A stretch of DNA of 60,673 nt, filler included, from Sphacelaria rigidula (GCA_964200075.2; 9 parts of 9 records of this genome joined end to end with filler, not necessarily neighbours in it); one strand, 5' to 3'. Shown: positions 13,353-26,484, counted from the whole stretch's first letter. The notes: generated by a model not told the origin, from the letters alone. Made by a program: numbers and translations.

Positions 13353-13406
13353 AACAGTGTTTTCGTGAGATTGAGAGTAGATGATACGATTGAGAGTGAA
13401 AAGCGG
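13353..13406. mobile_element. Left end of MITE family A, truncated by contig end
   Basis: aacagtgttttcgtgagattgagagtagatgatacgattgagagtg. Confidence 0.75.
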
Positions 13407-13506
13407 NNNNNNNNNNNNNNNNNNNNNNNNNNNNNNNNNNNNNNNNNNNNTTAATTAATTAANNNNNNNNNNNNNNNNNNNNNNNNNNNNNNNNNNNNNN
13501 NNNNNN
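13407..13506. other. Artificial contig spacer
   Basis: 44 N + TTAATTAATTAA + 44 N. Confidence 0.99.
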
Positions 13507-13604
13507 AGAAGGATCACACGGTTACTTGATCCCAGTATTGGAACGGGGGATCATTTTCGTCATTAATAATATTGATAATAATTATATATTACTGATTATA
13601 ATAA

Positions 13605-13892
13605 TAGAGGGTGAGGCAGGTACCCAGCACTGGTATTTGGAACATCTCATACCCTACCGATACCGACCCAATCAGGCATTTTCAAATGTCTACCTACGAT
13701 ACTTACGGTACCACGGTATTTCGATATACTAATACCTACCCTACGCTCAATCAGTTATTTTCAAAACACATACCTATGATACCTACAATACCACGGTATT
13801 TCGAAATTTCAATACCTCCCGTACCCGCTCAACAAGGTATTCTCAAAACTCATACCTACGATACCCACGCATGTCACGGTATGGGATACCCC
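13605..13892 (+). repeat. gatacctacgataccacggtattt motif-array element (second copy 46832-47057)
   Basis: Shared head aggcaggtaccc.g.actggtatttgg and the same repeated motif in both copies. Confidence 0.75.
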
Positions 13893-13904
13893 GGTAAATG
13901 TTGC

Positions 13905-15495
13905 ACAGGTCATGAGCTAGCTCATCTGCGGGCTGTAGCTCGCTTGTGGTCAAACATGTAGATGCGAGCCACGTCCGATAGCTCACCCAAAGTGAACGTA
14001 CGCTGATGAGCTACGGGTTGGCAGCTCACCCAGGACAAACATGCGTAGCTCATACAGCTCTCACAGCTTTCTCAGGGGGAATATGAGCTGAGGAGCTACG
14101 GGTTGATAGCCCACCCAGGACAAACATGCGTAGAGCTAGGTGAGCTACGCATGTTTACCCTGGGTGGGCTATCAACCCGGACCTCATCAGCTCATGTTCG
14201 CCTTGGGTAAGCTATGAGAGCTGCATGAGCTACGCGTATTTGCACTAGGTGAGCTGATACCCCGGACCTCATCAGCTCATATTCGCCCTGGGTGAGCTAT
14301 GAGAGCTGCATGACCTACGCATGTTCGTACTGGATAAGCTATGAGGGCTAGCTGAGCTACGCATAATTGCCCTGGGTAGGCTATGAAAGTTACGTCAGCT
14401 ACGCATGTTTGCCCTGCTTGAGCTAAAGGACTACAGGAGCTACGCTGATTTTGGAGTTGTTTCTGTTACGATGCTCATGCATGTTGATACATGAAAACGG
14501 TTACATGTGTATACACTCGTGTTTCGTTTTGTGCAGCGATAGATTTGCTTATTGTAAACATCAGCATCGCCTCATCAGAAGCCATCCGCACCGTAGCCAC
14601 CACACCCACACACAACGACACACATACACAACCCGCCCGACACGGCGACCGCCGGGGGCAGCAGATCTAGCGGCGCTTCAATCGGAAATGATGCCGTGGA
14701 TCTGGATCCTCCGCAACAGGCGATCGATGTGGAGGAAGAAGTGGACACACATACAATATTTGATCGCTCAGCCCTTTGACCGCGCGAGGATCGGCGACCT
14801 GTTGAACCGGCATCATTCACACCCGAAAAATAATACTTCAAATTACGATACCTCAAATAATAAGTATGAATTATGCTGATTCAATAGATGGCCTACCCCC
14901 GCGGTCAAAGGGTTAACCCTTTCACGGAGAGTATAGGTCATCTATTGAATCGGTTTCAATTTCACTTCATAATTTTTTGCATGTCCAGATGGACTCGTAC
15001 CCTCACGGCTAAGCGGTCATAGGAAATGAATTCGTCGATCAGTAAAGACACTGGATATTAGTAATGATTTTGAACCATTCAGCCATGAGAAAGAGGATTT
15101 GTGTTGACTGCTTTTGATATGTTACGCCATCCGTTCGAACAAAAATGTAACATCATGAGCGACACCGGATTCGCCAGCAGCGAACGAGGCACGTGGGGTG
15201 AGTGAGCTCTGAGCATGTATTCCCGGGGTAAGCTACCGCGCGTAGCTCATCCGCTCATGTTTTCCCCGGGTGAACTACGAGAGCTGCGTGAGCGACACCG
15301 GGTTTGCCTTGGGAGAGCTATCGAGTGTAGCTCATCCGCATATGTTCTCGCTGGGTGAGCTATAAGAGCTAGGTGAGCTACGCATGTTTGCCTTGGGTGA
15401 GCTACCCGACGTAGAGCATCCACGCATGTTTTCCCTGGGTGAGCTATCAACCCGTATCTCATCAGCCCATATTTGCCCTGGGTGAGCTATGGGCG
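13905..15495. repeat. gagctacgcatgtttgccctgggt motif-array element, in both orientations, with an insert at about 14450-15150
   Basis: Dense units of about 35 bp at 13905-14445 and 15155-15495; motif polarity flips near 14135. Confidence 0.75.
14772..14912. mobile_element. piggyBac-like mini-MITE; a related end starts at 14917
   Basis: CCCTTTGACCGCG...CGCGGTCAAAGGG|TTAA|CCCTTTCACGG. Confidence 0.75.
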
Positions 15496-16479
15496 GCTGG
15501 TACGCAGTGTCAAAGACATACTTTATATATTTTATATGCAACCAGTACATTCTCTCTCTATATATATGTGTGTGTTTTAAGACTGATGCGCACAGGGTGG
15601 GACCCGCATCTAGATAACTCTGAACCAACTTCGCCCTGTTCTAGCGGACACGGAAAACTTTTCAGCAGCAATCGCTTGCGTTGTGCGGCCTGCTCCACCT
15701 TGGGGGGTGTCCCGTGAAGTCAGGTGTCGATGCTGACGGTACCCACTCGTCTTCCCACCATGACCTCCTCTCTGAGCACAAGAAAATTGAAACTGCGGAA
15801 CATGACTCAACTGACTGGAACTTACAAATCCCACTATGTCTCCGAGGAACATGCCCCCGTATTATGGAAAAGGAACAACACTGCTGGGTATAATCTCAGC
15901 ATTTTTGTTTGCCCTCCCACCACCCCCTGTACGTGGTGAGAGTTGGATTTTGTGCGGCGCATGGCGCCACTGTCGAGGTTTTTTTCCTGGGAATCGGGTT
16001 TTTCCTCACAGAGGTTTTACCGAGGGCTGGGTTTTCCCGCGGCAGTGTTGAGATATATATTTTTCCGAACATCCTTTTCTGACCACCCGTAACACTGACC
16101 GTTGGTGATGTCGTGAAGTCACTTCATAGACTATCTTTACTGTGAGGGCAAATAATTACCACCAACAATAATGAAGTGTGTAGTTCATCGCCCCCCAAGT
16201 GATGACTCCGAATTGTGTCCAGTGTTCAGCTCTGCACAGAGCTCACCACTTTACGGTAGGGTATTAGGGTAGACGGTAGAGGGAGTAAAAGTTAAATGAT
16301 GATGCGGGACAGCGCGTCTGATTGCTCGATGGTAGAGTCATCGTCAGAAACGGTAGTGGTAAATATGGATATGCCGCGATCGCGAGGGAGAATAGCAGAA
16401 GCGACCGATAACCCAACGGCAGACGAGGACCTGCACACAGCCCGCCGCGGTCCTTGTCGCACAGCCGGCTACGGTGTAC

Positions 16480-17090
16480 CACTGTAATTTACTCTACCCA
16501 AGTTCTGGGTTATGTGGGTATGATCTCCATACTCCACGCCACGCCGAGTACTTGGTAGAGTTGGGCTTGATCTCAGTACTCTACCCAAATCATGGGTCGT
16601 AATCATAGTAATACCCGGGTATTTACTTTCCCCAAGTTTGGAGGTAATTGGGTACAATATCTACCCTCTGCCCATATTTTGGGTAGAGTTGGGCACGGTC
16701 GCACTACTGAACCCAAGAAATGAGTTCGAAATCTCAGCAATACCCTGGTGTTCGGTATCACTTGGGTATGACCTCAATACTTCATCCAAACGTTTGGGCA
16801 GAGCTGGTTACCATCTCAATAGTCCACTCGAGTATCATATCTTGGGCATGATCTAAATACTTTACCTGATAATTGGGTAAGTAATCTCAGCAACATCTGG
16901 CTTTAGAGTGTCACTTGGGTATAATATCAATACTCACCCATTTTTTCTTGTAGAGTTCGGTATGATATCAATACTCTACCGAAATATTGGTTAGTTTGGG
17001 TACACTAGTAATACCCTACCCAAATGGGGTTTAGTGCTCAAATTACGCCTTTGAAACTACCCGGCTATAGAGCATACCCTACCCGGCCTG
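16480..17090. repeat. tacccaa/ttgggta motif-array element
   Basis: Many degenerate caatactctacccaa and ttgggtatgatc motifs. Confidence 0.6.
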
Positions 17091-19930
17091 TCCTTTAATT
17101 TTGTACGAAAATTCCCTGAAAGTTCCCGGCGTCGGAGGGTCAGTGCATGTGATGTATTCGTAGTAGATCCGATACACCGTAGTGCGGGGTTGTTGATTGA
17201 CGGTTACACATTAAGTGATCCCCGAGGGACTCAGCCCTGGCCACAAATTTGACGTACCCAACGTGAACGAAACGGAAACGCTGGCTAGAAAGTGGTGTGG
17301 TCCTACAATAACCAGGGGCATTTCCTCTGAACTTTTCCCGCGGTGTATTGAGGCATATCGTACTTCACCGCACTGCACAAAGTTCCAGATTCCGGCACCG
17401 TACCGAATCGCGGTATCGTAATTTATTATTCACCGCGGAATATAGTACCGCAACCGTAGCTCTGGGCCCATAGGGCAACCTCTGCATTGAAATAAATTCG
17501 TCGAATGGAACGAAGTCATGTAATTTTCAGTCATTCTTTGTGTCACTGAGGCAAAAATTCTCACCCATGGCAGTTGTGATATGGTACCAAACTATTGAGA
17601 GATCCCGAGTCCCCCAACAAACACCGTAGGTTGACCGTTTAGGAACCCTCCCCTCCCGTCCCCGGGCCAGACGCCTCATTATATCAAGCCCTGACAAAAA
17701 AGAAATGATTTGAACAGAAAAGACCGATGGGGACCATTGTAATGCGGAAGACTCCAGCAGCACACGCCATGGGTGCAGGAAAATGTACCCCCCGGAGAGG
17801 TCGAGTAAGGTTTATCCAATCATATCACGCAACGGGTGAAGTGTGTGCAATTGTATGCATCGGCACAAATCCACGAACACGCTATGAAACTTGCTTTTAA
17901 AAAAAACAAGGAGTTCAGGTCTCCGACTCAGCACATCCGTATATCAGCATTGCATATAAGTGACGCACCGTTGTTGTGGGCTGCATAAGATGGCGAGTAT
18001 GCTGTAAGTAACTGTCCATATCTTGTTCAAAAAGCATCAATTGCAAATCATCGGTTTTCCATCACCAGGTCCAAAAGGGCTGTCATTCTCCTTATGATCA
18101 AACTGAATGCACCTTGATTCGTGCGTGCATTCGTTATATAACAGCTCGAGTGTCGAACTCAATTTGCGGAGGGAGCACTCAAAGATATGAACGAACCAAG
18201 ATGAGAACAAAAATAAGCCATCTATAATGCACGCCAAAGACGGGTTGACTCACACAGTGTCCGTTTGACGGGGGCTGGAATACCCTGATGGCAAGGCACA
18301 AGCCTAAGAAGAAGAGGCCACATATCCCGATGAATAGTTTTGATGAACTTTCTACCGTATGGCTTTATGCTGTTTTCTGAAGATGGTTGGATGAGCGAGT
18401 GAGCTTGGGTGTGCTTGCTCATGTACAATGACCAAGATTCCATACAGTACAGAAGTCATGACTCAACTCCATATGTCAACCGATACAGAAAGATGATCCT
18501 CAACCATTCCCCAACAATGACTACACTCGAAGATTCACCCTCGAATCATCACGCCGATAACCGAATAATGAGCCAGATGTCGGCTACCCGGCAAAACCCT
18601 AGAATGATCCCAACAGCTATAGATATATGTACAGTATTCACTCTGCAACGTGCTTCTCCGACATCTCTGCCAGAATCAAGATGTCATTTTCCACAAACAA
18701 TGGCGCAGGATGAGACCATTCACGGCACCATAATCCGATTACGACATATGGGGGCATATCTGTCTATAAGCGAACTTTTCAGCAACGATGTATAGCTTGG
18801 ATGAAAGCCATAAACATGAACAACGTGTTGCATACGTCCACTGTTGCAAGTCGTGACGTGTAAAACGTTCTCAAGATGGAGTGAAATCATGCGAAGTGGT
18901 CGCTCGGCGGGGGGGGGGGTGCTTTCTTCCCTCGAACGGAGGGTCCACGCTCATACGGCAGGTGTTCGTCAGGCGATGCGGGTCCGTGGGGCGCACGTTG
19001 CCACGACAAGCTCTGTTGAATACACGACCATGGCACCGGGCCCACTCGCATGAATCATCGCCTCCAATGCATAGCAAGCCATCGGTGTTCGGACGGATCG
19101 TCCTCTACAGACACGATGCGGATGAGATGCCGCCACTGACCGATCACACCGATGGCATCCTCATCGTAGTGTGTAAACTCGACGGCTATCAGCATTATTG
19201 TTATCAACACCAGAGTAGCCAGCCTACGGCCAAACCCACCACACCCATGGTGTTCAGCTTTTGCAAGGCCGGGTCGAGCACACATGGCATAGGTGACCAT
19301 GATGCTCACATAAGCGAAGAACAATGTGAGCGCGAGGTGCCACGCAGACATCGCTGATGAACCCAGGTCGCCCCACCCGAACCATTCCGCGTTCCACACG
19401 ATGCGATGTGCGTAGGTTACATCGTCGAACAGCGAGGCTATGGTGACCATGTCCTGCGGGCTGAAACAATAAGCCGACGCTACTGCGACGGAGATCGATT
19501 TGCCCTTGCTCCACACGCTCTCACCAGTCAAGCGCTTCATAGACGATAGCCCAGATGACGCCCATTTCGCCAAGCCAGTGCCTCGCCGCTCGACGAGCAC
19601 GGGCAACGGGCCGCGTCTTAGTCTGTTCTCGCAGAGCTCGACCACTGCGAACTGCGCCGTGTCGTACGCGGAGGAGTAGCGACAAGGTGCGCTCCTACGC
19701 GAACGACACCCATGCACGCAGCGTGGGGCAGACATGGACGGCGCAGAGCATGACAGATGTAATCGCTGACACCAGGTGGGCAACCAGGAAGCTGATTTGA
19801 TGTAGTGCCTACAGGATTCAAAGACAAATAAACGAGCAGGAAGAGCAGAGGGAGTCGCAATCGTTTGTCTGCACAATCACAGCAGCTGCTGGTGACCAAC
19901 ATACGCCACTCAAACAGGATGAAATAATTT

Positions 19931-20159
19931 GGGGGTGTACTCATGATCATGCATGCCATAGTCATCTGACCATTGACCTCGCATCCCTACAAAGCCAGGA
20001 AGGAGGTCGCCGGGTTTACGCCGGGCCAGGCTCGCAATCACTAAGCGCGAAGCGCCGTGGTATGTTCGGCGAGTCGCATGAAGGGTGAGCTGCATCCTGC
20101 TAAGATTGTTCGGCCCGAGGCCTACTGATTATCTTGCATTTGGAAGACAGCCTGCAATG
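19931..20159 (-). mobile_element. 3' end of poly(C)-tailed non-LTR retroelement
   Basis: Minus strand ends gggatgcgaggtcaatggtcagatgactatggcatgcatgatcatgagtacaccccc; homologous to 58477-58543, 47270-47305, 53881-53921 and 33766-33854. Confidence 0.75.
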
Positions 20160-20259
20160 NNNNNNNNNNNNNNNNNNNNNNNNNNNNNNNNNNNNNNNNN
20201 NNNTTAATTAATTAANNNNNNNNNNNNNNNNNNNNNNNNNNNNNNNNNNNNNNNNNNNN
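20160..20259. other. Artificial contig spacer
   Basis: 44 N + TTAATTAATTAA + 44 N. Confidence 0.99.
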
Positions 20260-21456
20260 CCCCTTCGGGGTCCCGCCCACACAACGCCGGGGCGGAGCAC
20301 GGCGCTTTTACGCCGGACCGGGGGGGGGGGGGAATCGCAGCAGCATCATTCGAGATCGAGAATGAAAATAACCAAAACAGCATACAGCTACCATTATGCT
20401 GTAGAACTCCATATGTTGTGCGGTAGAGTGCGCACCCGAACGTCCTGTATTTCAAGAATACTGCTGGGGTGATTCGACCGGAGGGCGATCTTTTGGTCTC
20501 CCTTGTGATCGCTGTCGAAGGTGACCGTACGCGTTAGCTGTACTGGTTATACTTTGGTGTTGACGGAAAGCATTACCACCACAACAGCCACAAGTCGCTG
20601 TGGGACAGGCGAGCTGCTCTATGGCCAGCAATGGGCAGCGACGCCGAGACCTTGGCCGTCTCACGCGCGGGGAAAGCACCACAACTAATCCATAATTCAC
20701 AAGATTTCAAAATCAATGGTGGGGGCATCAGGCAATTTCACAGGAATTCTTCGAAGGCCGCAAGGATACTTTTGGCGGGCAGTTACGCATGCTGTGAATC
20801 AGGGAAAACGCGCAGAGGTGAGTGCCGACAACGGCAGTTCATGTGCTGTATACTACAAGGATCAATACGGCACCGCACGCTGCACCAGCTCTCCTCGGAA
20901 ATCTTTCGAATCTGTCCTCGCAACAGCAGTACGGTGACAACTTCGAAGTGGGACTGACTACAGCGTAAACGAGTGAGGCGCAGAGGTTCCAACAACACGG
21001 TGGTAATAATAGAAACCGTTACAGCACATGCAGTACAGAATGGTGTACACACAGTACAGCTCAGCCCAGGGTGTGTACCTCTTCTCTTTCGTGACGATAC
21101 GTGACCACGTGGTAGATGCCTTGGTGTGTTGGGGTTGAGCTTACTTATTCATCAGGGCGGGCAACAGCTCTGCGGCACGCGACAAGAGCACTCGTACGTA
21201 GCTGCAACATCCCTTGACGCCGTCTGTTTGCCAACCTCCTCGCCCCCCCCCCATCATAAAGATTTTGTTTTCTGTCGTCGGAAATTGAAATTGTTGGTCG
21301 CGGAGGACGTCGCAACTCGTACGCAGCACTTGCTCGTGCTTCATGCACGGGCTACTTGTTGTCTCCGTGTTGGCATCATGTACCGCCAATGCATCAAGCA
21401 CACGAACAAACATTAACCCCCGCCCCGCGCCCTTTGCCCCCCTCCGCCTAACTCAC

Positions 21457-21633
21457 ATCGAACTTGCCACCGCCTTCGATCCTAGATGCTTGGCCGAAGG
21501 ATCCCTGGCCTAGCTTTCTGATGAACGCTCCCTCGAGCTCCGCAAAGTCTGCTGCCGTGAGCTCCAGCTCTTCGCCATCCAACATGTTGCCACGAAAGAT
21601 ATTGATGGCGCGAAGACCTTCTACTCTCGCGTG
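21457..21633 (-). CDS. Putative exon with a protein-kinase-like glycine-rich loop
   Basis: tag| HARVEGLRAINIFRGNMLDGEELELTAADFAELEGAFIRKLGQGSFGQASRIEGGGKFD |gtgagt; open frame; IRKLGQGSFGQ fits GxGxFG; acceptor position uncertain. Confidence 0.5.
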
Positions 21634-23463
21634 CTACTGCCAGTTGTTGCCGCTGCTTGACCCGCCGTATAATATGCTAGGTAGACAGTGAAGCAGTAAT
21701 CTCTCTGGTCCGTGTCACCGCACCATACGGTACGGCACAAGGAAAGCGGGACAGTAGATGCAAACACACAGGATGGATGAGGCGAGAGGGAGCGGCTGCG
21801 CGTGTGTGTGGAATAAAATAAACTCTCTGGCACTGGGGAACCAGATCTGTGATGCCTGGAAATCTGATGGGCGAGAGTGGTGACAGAAGTGTTAGAGGGC
21901 AGCGACAAATAACCTCAGGGAGCAGAGTTGTGGGACGCCGGGGCTGTACTGTTTGCTTATTCGCTCCTCCAATGGATCATGTGCTTACCGGAAATCGGAT
22001 CAGTATCTCATTGACGAAACATTTCCGGCCGTGGGGCTAGCGTCTGTTCGATTGGCCACTAATACACCGCGCGCATGTTTCCAGCGTGTATTGTCATTTC
22101 CCGATCACCCGCCCAGAAAATTTAAAAAACGATCTGTTCCGCCATACTTTCGTCCATGCGTTGCCTCCGCTTCTTGGTCCACCCTGTTTATGTTTCTACC
22201 ACGATCGTATTGGAATACACAAATCTGATTCCTCTGGATGACAGTTAAGTAGACGTTGGTAGGAGTTGAAACACTATTCAAAGCAATCAGTAGTCGGGGC
22301 TAAGCAGGTAGCCCGATGTTCGCATGGGTGTTATTCAGCGTATCATATCAACCATATTTTCGGGTCTCTCAAACGGTACTGGTTTCGCCGGCTTTTCGAA
22401 ACAGGTTGAACGAAAACGAAAACAAATACAGGAGCGGCGTCTGGGAGACATCACGACGCAGATCGATGCCCTGTGCATTGTACGAACTTGACGTGAAGGA
22501 ATCGGGAGGATGAAATCCGTAAACGCCTCTGATAGTTGGGCACCGTTGCGCATGGAGGAACTCTTGTGGTTTTTTTGTGTACGCCGAAAGGCCGCGGCGT
22601 CGCCTGCTTCGGTTGGAAATGGCTTGAGCGGCCCCTTGCGACCGAAGTGATATCCTGCCCCAGCGCTAGACGACCGCTTGGCGACGAATGATCTTACCCG
22701 TCAAAGGTATGCAGAATGATTCGACTTTATCAACATACTGATACGCCAAGTAGACATGAAGGCAGTCCGCCACTGCCGTCCCGTGGTTATAAACCGAGCG
22801 CCTCTGCCCGACTGCCCTACCCGACTGCAGAGTACAGCGCTGTACAACAACAGGACTACTACTGCACTGTACAACAACAAAAGTACTACTGTACTGTACA
22901 ACAGCGAAACAGTCGCGAATCTGCTGTCGCAAAGATCGCCGCCCTACCTACAACCAACCGCATCAGAGACTGAAATTTGATTTCTCTGGTACATGGGACC
23001 GAGACGCGACATATCTCCGCGCCACGATACAATAAACCATACCCAACGGCACACCACAGGAATATGTACGTGTATTCTATAGCTTATGAGATACAGTACG
23101 ATGGCTGCTGAGTGCGTTGCCACTACTCATCCTTCCTGTAAAGGGTTATGGTTATAATGAAAAGGGGTTTTGTACAGTATATTGACGACTTTTCCGCGAT
23201 GACGGTTCAAACAAAAGCGTCCATCGTATGAACTTCTCTTTGTCGAATTGCGAGCTAACTCGAGATCACGTACAGTATACCGTTTTGGAATCCCTCGCCG
23301 AATAAAATCTCTCCAAACTTCGCGGAAAACCCTGCAACCATACTCGTTCAGTTGCGCCGTATCCTCAACCGATTATGTGATGCGACCGAATGTAGAGTAT
23401 ACCACTTACCTATTGTGCAGTTTTCCTCATCTGTTTCTTCCAGATTCAAGGTGGACATGAATA

Positions 23464-23765
23464 ATGTTGATGCCCAGGAGCTATCTTCAAGCTTTCAGAG
23501 CCACGAACGGCTCCACGGACGACAGCCGACAGACGTTCGAAGTTGAAACTTTTCTCTGGCCGTCAGCAGCGAAGAAGGGAGGGGAGATACCATGGCACGC
23601 GGGGGTGCTGCAGAGAGCGGAGAGATTCATGACCTCTCGGCACAAAATGAGGAGGAGGCCAATCGAATACGTGCGGTTGAACGGGACCAACAAAACCAGT
23701 GCAGAGGAGAGCAAGAAGGAGATGGAAGAACGTGTAGCCAGCTTGTCCCGCACTGAACATGGCGG
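23464..23765 (+). mobile_element. RTE-like LINE 3' coding end; probable 3' UTR continues to about 24200
   Basis: LQAFRATNGST..TFEVETFLWPSAAKKG..WHAGVLQRAERFMTS; same family as 6582-6653. Confidence 0.72.
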
Positions 23766-25107
23766 GGGTGGTAGGGCTCCCCATCATTTCCCCATGTCCT
23801 TCTTTTCCCCACTTATTGCTTCTTTTCCTGTACCCCTCCCCCGAGGTGGTGTATTGCTGTGTCGTTATGTGGTGCTTTTCTTGTAATGTCTGGTATATTC
23901 GTACATATGGCTGTCCCTCTCGAGGTACAGGGATAAAACCCTGCGACTCTTATCGCTATGGTTGGTGACCCTGGTTCCTGAGTTTGGCGACATTCCTGTT
24001 TGGCCTCGCGTGTTGAGTTGACCATCAGGCCCTGCCTCCAGTAGCCCGAATGGTCGCCTACGGCACCGGAAATTATGGGGTTAGCAGTGTATTTTGTTTC
24101 TTCCACGTGTTGATTTTATATTTCTCTTCTGTATCGCGTCTGTGTGATTTTTTCTGGGTCCAATTCTATTTTTTTCTTATTTCCTCATACCTTTTTTTGG
24201 ATAGTTAACCCGTGACCACGGAAGGCGTCCGCATCAGATGCCCAGTACAGAGTGCTGCCCAGATATCGGAACGGTTTTTGATGTGAAGACAACAGCAAGA
24301 AAAGTATCGATGGAATTCGATGGGCAGCGGGAGTGCTGACGATCACTCTCTAACACTGGAAAAGTGTACCCAGGCCATGTAGATGCCGAAGGGAAGGACG
24401 GGTTCATTACTTGAGTCTGCGGACTCTTCTCGAAGAGGGGTTTGGGGGGTGGAATCAAGTTTGACGAAAAATTCAAAAGTAAGAAGAGGAATACACTGTT
24501 TCCAGCACTGTTTTCTTTGGTAACTGTATATACCAACGTAACACCCTGTTGAACTATGGGATAATCCCTTCCCCTCCTCGCGGCCCATACGTTTTGAGGC
24601 CGAATGATAACACACGGGTTTCCAAGTACCGCATCCCGTGAGCATAAGAAGAGTCACGGGCCCAAGTGACAGGTAGTACTGATTGACGCCTCCGCTCTTT
24701 CGACATCACATATACCTTGATTTCAGGGCCGCATGGGTACTGACGCGGCCAGCCAGTACATCATATACAGTACTGGATCCTGTCAGTACCCAGGGTCCGC
24801 GACGAAGCCCCACCGCAGGCGCATTTCCACGCGATTTGGCCTCAGGCGGTGTTTTAACGAAACAAGGGAAATGATAATCATTTTGTGATAGTGATAGTGA
24901 AGTGACAGTTCACAACTTCATCATCACGAGAAACCACGCGCCGTTCTTATCGAGCATGCTAGGGTGGCAAACAACTGATTGGTCGATTGATTGATTGATT
25001 GATTGATGATCTCACATTAGCTGATTGCAACAATCCAGCCCGTGGTCAGGAGCAGCAAAAATAGAACAGAATAATAAATACAGAGACGGTAAAACAGCAC
25101 GCGAACA

Positions 25108-25778
25108 GACCAGCGACTTCAAGAAGGACGGCAATCACGCGCAAGGGGTTATGGGTATTGTCGCAGGTCGAAACGCTGACTGCCTTCCGCACGAGAAGAA
25201 GCAACAGCAGCAGTATCAGCAGCATCTTTATTGCCAGTAGATGTACGCGGCTGGGGGTGGGTCTAAATCAGCCGATACCGATGCTGCTGCTGCTGCTGCT
25301 GCTGCCATTCTTACTCATGAGAGAGACGGTCCGCGTTTCGACCGTGCTACAACGCCTACGCACCTTGTACGTGATAGCCACCGTGCTGGAAAGCGCTGGT
25401 CCGTACTACCCGCCGATGGGTCTATACTTCCTCACTAGGCTAAGCGCTGGGAGATAAAGCTGCGCACATTTCTCTATGCGAGCTGTTCACGTCGGGTGTG
25501 TCTCGCACGCGCGGCCGTTGCTGGTGATGGGAATGAAGCCAGCGTTCAATACAGGGGAAAACAAGTGATATGTACTCGTACTGAAAATCCTACTGTATGG
25601 GGGGTAACAACGCGCAAACAGATCATAGTCGATTTTAAATAGGAGGGGGCAATAACGCGCCAGGTGCATGTGTATTGTCGCACGTCGAAACGCGGGCCGC
25701 ATCCCGCACGAGAAGCAGCAGCAGCAGCAGCATCTATATTGCCATTAAATGTGTACGGCTGGGGGTGGGTCTGAATCA

Positions 25779-25821
<43 letters not shown>

Positions 25822-26058
25822 CTCTTGATCGTAGATGGTCCGTGTTTCGACCGGGCGACAACACCCACGCATCTTGCGAGTGTAGCCACCGTGTTGGACA
25901 GCGCTGGTACCTACTACCCGCCGACGGGTTCATGCTTGGTCACTCGGCGAAGTTCTGGGGGATATAGCTGTCCGCATCTCTATGTGGGAGCTGTGCGCAT
26001 GGAGTGTGTCTCCCACGCGTGGCTACTGCTGGTGATGGGATTGAAGCCAGCGTGGCTA
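25108..26058. repeat. Two tandem units of about 520 bp, each with a (CAG)n/(CTG)n-armed fold-back
   Basis: gtattgtcgca.gtcgaaacgc at 25156 and 25672 pairs with gtttcgaccg downstream; the loop tgtacg..gctgggggtgggtct is shared. Confidence 0.85.
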
Positions 26059-26484
26059 CTGCTTGTGACGGGAAGCCAACCGTCTGTCCCATGAAGAGTT
26101 CAACAGCCCACGCCTTGCAACCATGTAACGTTGCTCTTCGCATTATCACGCAAATGTCCATCCGCTCTCACGAAAATTAATTCCCCCAAAAATAATTTTC
26201 GTGAGAGTGATTTTGGGGGAGGTGAGAATGTGGCATCAAATCGCAACCAATCGGAATCGTGAAAAAAAAAAAAAACGCCACAATCACCGTCACTATCACG
26301 CTGCGTTCCCACAATTTTGGACTCGATAACACGGGCCCTCACTGGAGCAGAAAAATGCAGTTTGGCTTCACTTGCAGCGCAGTTGAATGAAATCAAATAA
26401 TGAGGCGTTTAAGCGGGACATAGGTAAACGGGAAGGCACTGGCAGTACTAGCTTCTCTTTTTCCATCACCAGTATGCGCGTGAC

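Noticed and set aside
13905..14445. Repeat-spacer array
   Set aside because: Units are degenerate throughout with no unique spacers.
15640..16075. Possible Copia 3' UTR and LTR start (gcggcagTGTTGAGATAT)
   Set aside because: No partner LTR, clear polypurine tract or coding sequence in the contig.
19931..19965. GGGGG|TGTACTCATG read as a polypurine tract plus LTR start (also at 47270-47305)
   Set aside because: Its reverse complement aligns with the TSD-flanked LINE 3' end at 58477-58543, so it is a C-tailed non-LTR end, not an LTR.
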